In this document: positions 1 through 9,053 of the stretch, in pieces
Position numbering within the stretch: position 1 is the first letter of the stretch
Layout of the letters: the number at the start of each line of letters is the position of its first letter
NCBI GenBank assembly: GCA_017644325.1
Contig: JAEPLS010000003.1
Span: 73,974-137,973, forward strand
DNA: 64,000 nucleotides
Direction: 5' to 3'
Origin: Prochlorococcus marinus CUG1438
GTDB lineage: Bacteria > Cyanobacteriota > Cyanobacteriia > PCC-6307 > Cyanobiaceae
Made by a program: the position numbers and the translations under genes
The notes under the pieces: generated by a model
Seen by the model: the letters and a program-made list of their open reading frames with translations, nothing else
What the model was told of the DNA's origin: nothing
Database searches by the model: none

Positions 1-862
1 ATTTTGAGTACCAGGGAAGTTTTGAATTATGTTCTAATTCTTCTTTATTAGTCAGAGGGAGATCCAATTTATTATGAACTTCATTTATAAATTCAATTGT
101 ATTTTTTATTCCAATTGGAATAGTATTTGTATATTCCATTCCAAAGTTCCGTCGAAGCCATTCACATGATGCTTCGGCAATTTCTTGATAAAGACAAATA
201 TTTATTTCAGCATCAATTAATCTTTTAATATCATCTGGACTTGCACCTAAAGGAGCAACAACGTTTGTATCAATTCCTTGTTCTGAGAGTATACGTTGAA
301 TTTCAATAACATCATCCCTACATCTAAATCCAAGTAATGAAGGACCAAGAATATTGACTTTGGGTCTTCGGCCTAATTCCTTCCACCTTTGAGGGCTTAT
401 TTTCCCTGTAGAACTTACTTTCTCTTTTAAAAGAGTTCTTGTTAATTGATAAAAAGTTTCTGAAGCGCCCCAATTTTCTTTCTTGCTGTAAGCAGGTAAT
501 TCAAGATTAACAATTGGCATATCAAACCCCATCCCTTTTGCAAGTGCTCCAGGTTGGTCTTGGATAAGTTCTGCTGTACAGCTTTCTCCAACTAAAAGAG
601 CTTTTGGTTTAAATCGCTCTACAGCTTCCTTAATATTTTTCTTAACTAATTCAGCTGTATCTCCTCCGAGGTCTCTAGCCTGAAAAGTTGTATAAGTAAC
701 AGGAGGTCTTTGCCCCCTCCTCTCAATCATTGTAAAAAGAAGATCTGCATATGTATCTCCTTGAGGTGCATGAAGAACATAATGTATATTTTTCATTGAA
801 GAGGCAATTCTCATCGCTCCAACATGTGGTGGCCCTTCATATGTCCATAGAGTTAATTCCAT
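1..862 (-). CDS. chlB: Light-independent protochlorophyllide reductase subunit B (ChlB). N-terminal part only; the ORF is truncated by the window start.
   Basis: Reverse-strand translation from the ATG at 862 reads [73 protein letters not shown]..., a typical ChlB N-terminus. It lies 6 nt downstream of chlN on the same strand. It is absent from the ORF track because it is truncated. Confidence 0.9.
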   Translation of the reverse strand, partial: MELTLWTYEGPPHVGAMRIASSMKNIHYVLHAPQGDTYADLLFTMIERRGQRPPVTYTTFQARDLGGDTAELVKKNIKEAVERFKPKALLVGESCTAELIQDQPGALAKGMGFDMPIVNLELPAYSKKENWGASETFYQLTRTLLKEKVSSTGKISPQRWKELGRRPKVNILGPSLLGFRCRDDVIEIQRILSEQGIDTNVVAPLGASPDDIKRLIDAEINICLYQEIAEASCEWLRRNFGMEYTNTIPIGIKNTIEFINEVHNKLDLPLTNKEELEHNSKLPWYSK

Positions 863-868
863 ATTCTT

Positions 869-2134
<1,266 letters not shown>

Positions 2135-2282
2135 TTAAAAGCTTATATTTCAAGCTTGCATAAACTTTTTAATTTAAGAAAGTAATTAATAAGTTCTCTT
2201 ACAAAATGCACACATTTAAAAAACTTATATGAATGTTTAAAAACTTAAATGAGAATTATGGAAATTATTTTTTGGGTATATT

Positions 2283-2651
2283 CTAATTTCTATAGAAGGA
2301 TTTTCCTTGACTGGTTTTTGAAATCTTCCATACATTTCTAGCTATTTTAGTAGCTAGTAATCCTGCTCTTTCTATCTTAGATTTTCCGGGCTTTGCGCCA
2401 ATTAGAGCTGTCACTTCTGAAGTTGTTAAAGGTGCTCCAGTATCTATGGCTAATTGGGTTAATTCCAATCTATCTCTAAGGTTCTTAAGATTTACTTTTT
2501 CATTTTTATCTTCCTCTAACCAACTAAATGATGGGTCTTTCTGAGATAACTTTTGCATCAGGCTTAGGCTTACTAATCCAAGAGTTTGATCAGGAGTTAA
2601 TTCATTTTCAGTACCAGAAACATTTTGTTCTTTTTTTTGAGAAGTTCCCAT
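2283..2651 (-). CDS. Hypothetical protein, 122 aa. The C-terminal half looks like a possible helix-turn-helix.
   Basis: The ORF fills the gap between chlN and csoS1D. I recognise no family. The segment PLTTSEVTALIGAKPGKSKIERAGLLATKIARNVWKI loosely resembles an HTH. Confidence 0.55.
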   Translation of the reverse strand: MGTSQKKEQNVSGTENELTPDQTLGLVSLSLMQKLSQKDPSFSWLEEDKNEKVNLKNLRDRLELTQLAIDTGAPLTTSEVTALIGAKPGKSKIERAGLLATKIARNVWKISKTSQGKSFYRN

Positions 2652-2748
2652 AAAAATCTATATCTTTTACTTGAAGTTATCGTTTTGTAGGAAGCATGCA
2701 AGTAAATTTAATAGAAAAAATGAACCATTATCCGTTATAGTCGCGTGA

Positions 2749-3519
2749 ATGGAACCAACTTCTAGTTTTAACAGAGGGGAACGAAAAAAAGGTAGTTCTC
2801 TTGTCACAGGATCTGAGGTGCAATCTCAGGCTAGTGGTGCAAGCTGTTTTATTACAACTGATTCAGAAAAGTCTTTGGTGTCCAGGCAAGCAAGTCAAGT
2901 TGAGCAAATTGAGTTAAGAACATATGTTTTTTTAGATTCTCTTCAACCTCAACTAGCTGCATATATGGGAACGGTTAGTAGAGGTTTTTTGCCTATACCT
3001 GGAGATTCATGCCTTTGGATGGAAGTTTCACCTGGGATGGCCGTTCATAGAGTCACTGATATTGCTTTAAAAGCAAGTAATGTAAGACTTGGTCAGATGA
3101 TTGTTGAGAGAGCATTCGGTTCTCTGGCTCTTTATCACAAAGATCAAAGTACTGTTTTGCATTCTGGGGATGTTGTTCTAGATGCTATTGGAAGTGAAGT
3201 TAGAAAAAGAACCAAACCTTCAACAAGTTGGACAGAAGTTATTCGAGCTATTACTCCAGATCATGCCGTCTTAATAAATAGACAAAACAGGAGTGGATCA
3301 ATGATTCAATCTGGAATGAGCATGTTTATATTAGAAACTGAACCTGCTGGTTATGTTTTAAAAGCGGCAAATGAAGCAGAAAAAGCATCTAATATAACTG
3401 TTGTTGATGTAAAGGCAGTTGGTGCTTTTGGTAGATTAACTCTTGCAGGTAAAGAAGGAGATGTAGAAGAAGCAGCGGCTGCTGCTATAAGAGCAATTGA
3501 TGAAATCGCAAATTATTGA
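2749..3519 (+). CDS. csoS1D: Tandem-BMC-domain carboxysome shell protein CsoS1D
   Basis: The 256-aa ORF has a disordered N-terminus followed by two BMC-like halves (…[22 protein letters not shown]… and …[49 protein letters not shown]…). Its position, one gene upstream of csoS1, matches the described Prochlorococcus CsoS1D. Confidence 0.85.
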   Translation: MEPTSSFNRGERKKGSSLVTGSEVQSQASGASCFITTDSEKSLVSRQASQVEQIELRTYVFLDSLQPQLAAYMGTVSRGFLPIPGDSCLWMEVSPGMAVHRVTDIALKASNVRLGQMIVERAFGSLALYHKDQSTVLHSGDVVLDAIGSEVRKRTKPSTSWTEVIRAITPDHAVLINRQNRSGSMIQSGMSMFILETEPAGYVLKAANEAEKASNITVVDVKAVGAFGRLTLAGKEGDVEEAAAAAIRAIDEIANY

Positions 3520-3525
3520 GAATTT

Positions 3526-4110
3526 TTAATTTAAACCAATTTCTTTTTTTAGGTACGGTGACATGATTTTGGCGGCTTTACCTCTGCTCCCTAATTTACT
3601 TAGCTGTGATTCTGAGAGCTCTCCGTAAACACAGTTAGCTTCTTTTACCCAAAAAATAGATTCGAACTCCCCATCTGGGTATTTGGGGTTCTTAAGAATC
3701 TCCCCCCAGCATATTCCAGTAGTATCCTTAACTAGGTTTCCCGAGGGATCACATAAAACCATACAACTTATGAATCTTGCGCTTCTATAGGGACTATCAG
3801 AGAGTTCATTAATTAATTTTTTAATTTTTTCAGCGTTGTTTTTAGCATATCGAGCAGAAAATATGCCTGGTCGACCATCCAAAATATCTACTTCAAGCCC
3901 CGAATCGTCAGCTAATGCCCAAGTTTTTGTCTCTAACGCAGCTGCTTTTGCTTTTAGCAGTGCATTCTCAAAATATGTTTTTCCAGTTTCTTCTACATTT
4001 AAATACTCTGGTTGCTTTTCTACCTTTAAAGATAAAACATCTAACATCTCTGAAATTTCAGAAACTTTTCTTGTGTTACCACTTGCAATTGTTAGAACTG
4101 GCAGGTTCAA
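3526..4110 (-). CDS. rdgB: Non-canonical purine NTP pyrophosphatase (Ham1/RdgB, dITP/XTP pyrophosphatase)
   Basis: The 194-aa ORF carries Ham1-family motifs (IASGNTRKVSEI…, ALADDSGLEVDILDGRPGIFSARY, …GSRGKA). Confidence 0.9.
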   Translation of the reverse strand: MNLPVLTIASGNTRKVSEISEMLDVLSLKVEKQPEYLNVEETGKTYFENALLKAKAAALETKTWALADDSGLEVDILDGRPGIFSARYAKNNAEKIKKLINELSDSPYRSARFISCMVLCDPSGNLVKDTTGICWGEILKNPKYPDGEFESIFWVKEANCVYGELSESQLSKLGSRGKAAKIMSPYLKKEIGLN

Positions 4111-4174
4111 AATAACAAATAAAATTATTGTGAATATTATCTTACTTCAAAGCTTGATACGGAGACAGGAAGGG

Positions 4175-4188
4175 TTGAACATTCCACA
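4175..4188. repeat. Copy 1 of an exact 14-nt direct repeat, TTGAACATTCCACA
   Basis: I read it directly in the sequence. An identical 14-mer recurs at 4406-4419. The repeat extends to GG-N-TTGAACATTCCACA. Confidence 0.9.
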
Positions 4189-4405
4189 CCTGAATAGACA
4201 GGGCCTGCCTCGTACGCAAATAACATAATGTAAATTTTTTCTTAACACAACATTATGTTTTGATGCACTAACTAATTTGCATAAGTATTGACATATCAAT
4301 AGTACCAAGGGTGATAAGTTTAACTTATGAATGATAGAAAAAACATTAATGGAGAATTTATCTGAAATGCTTGACTTATAAGTACTTAATGAAGCATTGT
4401 TCGGA

Positions 4406-4419
4406 TTGAACATTCCACA
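4406..4419. repeat. Copy 2 of the 14-nt direct repeat TTGAACATTCCACA. It ends 19 nt upstream of the csoS1 ATG.
   Basis: I read it directly in the sequence. It sits in the presumed csoS1 5' leader. Confidence 0.9.
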
Positions 4420-4438
4420 TTTAGTAATTTAGTAGGCA

Positions 4439-4750
4439 ATGGCTACAGAAACAATGGGTATCGCTCTCGGCATGATCGAGACACGCGGACTTGTACCTGC
4501 AATTGAAGCAGCAGACGCAATGACCAAGGCAGCAGAAGTTCGTCTTATTGGTCGTGAATTCGTTGGTGGCGGTTATGTCACAGTATTAGTTAGAGGCGAA
4601 ACAGGCGCGGTTAACGCAGCTGTAAGAGCTGGTGCTGATGCTTGTGAAAGAGTTGGAGACGGCTTAGTTGCAGCTCACATTATTGCTCGTCCTCATAGAG
4701 AAGTTGAACCTGCTCTAGGTAACGGTGAATTTCTTGGTCAAAAGGACTAA
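4439..4750 (+). CDS. csoS1: Major carboxysome shell hexamer protein CsoS1 (BMC-H)
   Basis: The 103-aa ORF reads MGIALGMIETRGLVPAIEAADAMTKAAEVRLIGREFVGGGYVTVLVRGETGAVNAAVRAG, the canonical BMC domain. Confidence 0.97.
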   Translation: MATETMGIALGMIETRGLVPAIEAADAMTKAAEVRLIGREFVGGGYVTVLVRGETGAVNAAVRAGADACERVGDGLVAAHIIARPHREVEPALGNGEFLGQKD

Positions 4751-4819
4751 TTAAGTAAAGCAAGATTTATAAATTTTGCATAATAATTATTTTCCCTTCA
4801 CAGACCTAAATTTATCCTT

Positions 4820-6235
4820 ATGAGTAAGAAGTATGATGCAGGGGTAAAGGAGTACAGAGATACCTACTGGACTCCTGAATATGTACCCCTAGACACCGAT
4901 TTACTAGCCTGTTTCAAATGTACAGGTCAAGAAGGTGTCCCAAGAGAAGAAGTTGCAGCTGCTGTTGCCGCTGAATCTTCAACAGGTACTTGGTCAACAG
5001 TTTGGTCCGAGTTACTTACAGACTTAGAATTTTACAAAGGACGTTGTTATCGAATCGAAGACGTTCCTGGAGATCCTGAAGCATTCTATGCTTTTATTGC
5101 ATATCCTTTAGATCTTTTTGAAGAAGGTTCTATTACAAACGTATTAACATCTCTTGTAGGAAACGTTTTTGGATTTAAAGCTCTAAGACACTTACGCTTA
5201 GAAGATATTAGATTCCCAATCGCTTTCATCAAAACTTGCGGTGGCCCACCAAATGGAATCGTAGTTGAAAGAGATCGTTTAAATAAATATGGAAGACCTC
5301 TACTTGGTTGTACCATTAAACCTAAATTAGGCTTATCCGGTAAAAACTATGGCCGAGTTGTATATGAGTGCCTCAGAGGCGGTCTTGATTTAACTAAGGA
5401 TGATGAGAATATTAATTCTCAACCGTTCCAGCGTTGGAGAGAAAGATTTGAGTTTGTTGCAGAAGCTGTTAAGCTCGCTCAGCAAGAAACTGGAGAAGTC
5501 AAAGGCCACTACTTAAACTGTACTGCTAACACTCCTGAAGAACTCTACGAAAGAGCTGAATTTGCAAAAGAGCTAGATATGCCAATCATCATGCATGATT
5601 ATATAACTGGTGGTTTTACTGCAAATACTGGATTAGCAAACTGGTGTCGTAAAAATGGCATGCTTCTGCATATTCACAGAGCTATGCATGCTGTTATTGA
5701 TAGACATCCAAAACATGGTATCCATTTCAGAGTCCTAGCAAAATGTTTGAGACTCTCCGGAGGAGATCAATTACATACAGGAACTGTTGTTGGAAAACTA
5801 GAAGGTGATCGTCAAACAACACTTGGTTACATTGACAACTTAAGAGAGTCATTTGTTCCTGAAGATAGATCAAGAGGTAACTTCTTTGATCAAGATTGGG
5901 GTTCAATGCCAGGAGTATTTGCAGTCGCATCAGGTGGTATTCACGTATGGCATATGCCTGCACTCTTAGCGATTTTTGGAGATGATTCTTGTCTTCAGTT
6001 CGGTGGAGGAACACATGGTCATCCATGGGGTTCAGCTGCTGGAGCTGCAGCTAACAGAGTTGCTTTAGAAGCTTGCGTTAAAGCTCGTAATGCTGGTCGC
6101 GAAATCGAAAAAGAGAGTAGAGACATTCTTATGGAAGCTGCTAAGCACAGTCCTGAATTAGCTATTGCTCTTGAAACTTGGAAGGAAATTAAGTTTGAAT
6201 TTGATACCGTCGACAAGCTTGACGTTCAAGGTTAA
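4820..6235 (+). CDS. rbcL: RuBisCO large subunit, form IA
   Basis: The 471-aa ORF contains [32 protein letters not shown] and other diagnostic RbcL motifs. Confidence 0.99.
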
Positions 6236-6249
6236 ACCAGATTTCAAAA

Positions 6250-6274
6250 TTGAGGAGATTCTTTTTCTCCTCAA
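6250..6274 (+). other. Perfect 9-bp stem / 7-nt loop hairpin in the rbcL-rbcS spacer. No U-tract follows it.
   Basis: TTGAGGAGA-ttctttt-TCTCCTCAA, read directly, 15 nt after the rbcL stop. Confidence 0.5.
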
Positions 6275-6328
6275 ACTTCTATAAATCTCGTTCTTTTACG
6301 AGTAATTCCATTCACATTTAAATTTATT

Positions 6329-6670
6329 ATGCCTTTCCAGAGCACAGTAGGCGACTATCAAACAGTTGCAACCCTGGAAACATTCGGTTTCTTACCACCG
6401 ATGACCCAGGAAGAGATATACGATCAAATTGCATACATAATTGCTCAAGGCTGGAGTCCTGTTATTGAGCATGTTCATCCTAGTGGAAGTATGCAAACTT
6501 ATTGGTCTTATTGGAAACTCCCATTTTTTGGGGAAAAAGATCTTAACTTAGTTGTAAGTGAATTAGAGGCTTGTCATCGAGCATACCCTGATCACCATGT
6601 AAGAATAATCGGATACGATGCTTACACTCAAAGCCAAGGAACAGCTTTTGTCGTTTTCCAAGGACGTTAA
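6329..6670 (+). CDS. rbcS: RuBisCO small subunit
   Basis: The 113-aa ORF has ETFGFLPPMTQEEIYDQIAYIIAQGWSPVIEH…YWSYWKLPFFG, typical of CbbS/RbcS. Confidence 0.97.
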   Translation: MPFQSTVGDYQTVATLETFGFLPPMTQEEIYDQIAYIIAQGWSPVIEHVHPSGSMQTYWSYWKLPFFGEKDLNLVVSELEACHRAYPDHHVRIIGYDAYTQSQGTAFVVFQGR

Positions 6671-6692
6671 ATCTACTTTATGTAGTAAATAT

Positions 6693-6725
6693 CTTTCTCC
6701 AAAAAATTTTGGAGAAAGTTTTTTT
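6693..6725 (+). terminator. Intrinsic-terminator-like hairpin plus T7 tract between rbcS and csoS2
   Basis: CTTTCTCCAAAA-aa-TTTTGGAGAAAG, an 8-bp G/C-containing stem extendable by A:T pairs, is followed at once by TTTTTTT. The T-tract is present only in the + orientation. Confidence 0.6.
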
Positions 6726-6748
6726 AAAGAGTTTCAAATTTGAAGATT

Positions 6749-9046
6749 ATGTCAAAAAAAACCAGTAGAGAGATTGCACTAGAACGAAGAAAGGCGATGA
6801 GTGATAGCGGCAAAAAAGCTGCTGCTTATTCTTCCACTACTAAAGACAGAGTTCGATCTTCTGAAGATATACAGATTTCTGGTACTCAGTCTTCTTCTAA
6901 TAATCAAAATATTTCTAAACCAGCTACAAAACATATTCCAAAAAGTCAGGTTACTAGAAAGTCCTCTTCAACAACTTTATCTAGTAAAGACTTAGTAATC
7001 GAGAGAAGAAAGGCAATGTCTACTCATGGTAAATCTGCTATAACTTCATCTGATAGAACCCGTACCGATGTTAAAAAAGAAATTCCCGTAAATACAGTAA
7101 AATCAACCATAAATAAAAATCAAGAAGTTCAGAATTCACATAATATGGAAGCTAAAACATCAAAACCAAATGTCAAAAGAAGAATTAATCAGAAGAGAAA
7201 GCCTATTACTAATACAAGTAGAGATATTGTTTTAGCAAGAAGAGAAGCTCAATCTAAACACGGTAAATCAGCATCAAAACAAAATACTAGTGCAGCTTCT
7301 TTAGCTAGAAGGGGAGACCCAGATCTAAGTAGTAGAGAAATTTCTCAGAGAGTAAGAGAGCTAAGAAGTAAAACTGGTGCCACAGGTAAAAAAGGCAATG
7401 GTAAATGTAGACCATGTGGTCCAAATAAGAATGGAGCCAAACAAAATATTGCCGATGCTAGTTGGAAAGTTGGCACAAGTGAAACTGATTCAGGTCAAAA
7501 AGTCACTGGTACACAAGCAAATAGATCTGTAAAAACTACAGGTAATGAAGCAAGTACATGCAGAACAGTCACTGGTACACAATATATGGGAGCAGAAGTA
7601 GCTGATCAATTTTGTCAAGATAGACCAAGTTATAAACAACCACTTAGATCTACTGTTACCGCAACAACATCAGGTAACAAAGTAACTGGGAACGAAGTTG
7701 GCAGATCTGAGAAGGTCACAGGAGATGAGCCAGGAACTTGTAAAAACCTTACAGGTACTGAATATGTATCTGCTAATCAATCACAGAAGTATTGTGGTGA
7801 TATCCCAAAAAATCCTTCAAAGGTTAAACATAGTACTACCATCGATGGTTTAAAAGTATCCGGATCTCTTCCTGGTAGGTCAAATCTAGTTACTGGAGAT
7901 GAATCAGGTTCTGGACATCAGTTAACAGGAGATCAATATCTTGGCTCTGAGCCAAATCCACAAGGTAAAGTATTTGAAAAAGTTGGCAGTTACAACACTC
8001 TTAATGGGAATAATGTAACTGGTACAGGTGTAGGAAGATCAGATCATATGACAGGTAACGAACATGGGAGTTGCAAAAATATAACAGGTGATGAGTACAT
8101 AGGGTCTCAACAATATGAGAAGTTTTGCGGTTCCAAACCAAAACCTGAAGCTAGAAAAGTAGGTTTAAGCCTTTCATCAAAGTCTAATTTGATAAGTGGT
8201 ACTATGACAGGAAGATCAAAAATCGTAACTGGAGATGAACCCGGCTCATGCAAAGTTTTAACGGGAACACCATACGCTGGCTTAGATCAGATTAATGAAA
8301 ATTGTAGTACTGAGATTTCTGAAGATGTGAAATCTCGAACGACAGTTAATTCTGGAAATAATTCAAATGCAAGACTTACAGGTCAGCAACCAGGGATTGG
8401 CGGAGTAATGACAGGTGCAAAGAAAGGTGCTTGTAAGAATCTAACAGGGACTCCTTATGTTGGTGGAGATCAGTTCTCAAAAACTTGTGATAATCCTCCA
8501 CATGATACTGAGTATGCAAATCCTGAAAAGTCAGCAGGTAATTCTTGGAACGAATTCTCTGTTAAATCTCCATCAAGAGACAAATATTCTGAAAAAAATA
8601 CTCAAGGTGTTACTGGGAATGAATATGAAAATGGTTCAAAGGTAACAGGGCCCTTTGATATGGCAGTTGATAAGGTCACTGGCACTGAAAAATTTAGATT
8701 CGAACCGAATAAAAATATTACTTATAAACAAAAAATGGAAATTGAAGAGACAGATCGTGCTGCAAATACACCAGAGAAAAGAGTTGCATCTAGGATTACT
8801 GGTGAAGGACAATCAGTTGGAAACGTAACTGGTGATGATTGGGATCGTGGTGATAAGGTGACAGGTACAGAGGGAGCTTCTTCAAGAAAGAGAAATCCAT
8901 CGAGAGCAGGATTTACTAGCGCAATGCCCCCTTTAGAGATTAAGAGAAATGAGGATTTAGAAAAACCGGATTTCTTGATAACTGGATCTAGTGGTAATAC
9001 TCGTGAAGGACAACTTGTTACCTTTTCAGGTGGTGCAAGAGGTTAA
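6749..9046 (+). CDS. csoS2: Carboxysome scaffold protein CsoS2
   Basis: The protein is large, basic and repetitive. It has four N-terminal R-x-I/V-x-x-x-R-R-x-A-x-S-x-x-GK peptides, six Cys-x-x-(V/L/I)-TG(T/D)-x-Y middle repeats and VTG(N/T/D)E repeats at the C-terminus. I prefer the ATG at 6749 (MSKKTSREIALERRKAMS) to the TTG at 6740 used in the track. Confidence 0.95.
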   Translation: MSKKTSREIALERRKAMSDSGKKAAAYSSTTKDRVRSSEDIQISGTQSSSNNQNISKPATKHIPKSQVTRKSSSTTLSSKDLVIERRKAMSTHGKSAITSSDRTRTDVKKEIPVNTVKSTINKNQEVQNSHNMEAKTSKPNVKRRINQKRKPITNTSRDIVLARREAQSKHGKSASKQNTSAASLARRGDPDLSSREISQRVRELRSKTGATGKKGNGKCRPCGPNKNGAKQNIADASWKVGTSETDSGQKVTGTQANRSVKTTGNEASTCRTVTGTQYMGAEVADQFCQDRPSYKQPLRSTVTATTSGNKVTGNEVGRSEKVTGDEPGTCKNLTGTEYVSANQSQKYCGDIPKNPSKVKHSTTIDGLKVSGSLPGRSNLVTGDESGSGHQLTGDQYLGSEPNPQGKVFEKVGSYNTLNGNNVTGTGVGRSDHMTGNEHGSCKNITGDEYIGSQQYEKFCGSKPKPEARKVGLSLSSKSNLISGTMTGRSKIVTGDEPGSCKVLTGTPYAGLDQINENCSTEISEDVKSRTTVNSGNNSNARLTGQQPGIGGVMTGAKKGACKNLTGTPYVGGDQFSKTCDNPPHDTEYANPEKSAGNSWNEFSVKSPSRDKYSEKNTQGVTGNEYENGSKVTGPFDMAVDKVTGTEKFRFEPNKNITYKQKMEIEETDRAANTPEKRVASRITGEGQSVGNVTGDDWDRGDKVTGTEGASSRKRNPSRAGFTSAMPPLEIKRNEDLEKPDFLITGSSGNTREGQLVTFSGGARG

Positions 9047-9053
9047 TTAAATA

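Noticed and set aside
4212-4225. Possible NtcA site GTA-N8-TAC upstream of csoS1
   Set aside because: The sequence is GTACGCAAATAACA. The distal half-site is ACA rather than TAC, so it does not meet the consensus.
3836-4228. Plus-strand ORFs 3836-4228 and 3915-4115 opposite rdgB
   Set aside because: They are antisense to a well-supported Ham1-family gene, and I recognise no family for them.
4147-4413. 88-aa minus-strand ORF filling the rdgB–csoS1 spacer
   Set aside because: It has an odd composition, with many Cys/Leu/Asn from translated AT-rich spacer. I recognise no family, and it would read away from csoS1 through the G+C-rich island. Its 'MFNP' start and internal 'MFNP' simply reflect the 14-nt DNA repeat. 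I treat it as non-coding.
4175-4419. Reading the repeat core CATTCCACA as DnaA boxes (cyanobacterial consensus TTTTCCACA)
   Set aside because: Only 7 of 9 positions match and there are only two copies. The site is far from dnaN/oriC, and there is no AT-rich unwinding element context beyond the background. I mention it only as a remote alternative.
5086-6216. Antisense ORFs inside rbcL (5086-5316, 5727-6026, 6019-6216, minus strand)
   Set aside because: They are embedded opposite a strongly conserved gene and have low-complexity translations. This is typical of spurious antisense frames in the relatively G+C-rich rbcL.
6801-8645. Alternative-frame ORFs inside csoS2 (6801-6995, 8457-8645) and a possible programmed frameshift
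   Set aside because: The translations are Leu/Ile-rich low complexity. I saw no slippery heptamer plus structure, and alpha-cyanobacterial CsoS2 is reported as a single isoform. An exhaustive scan was not possible by eye.
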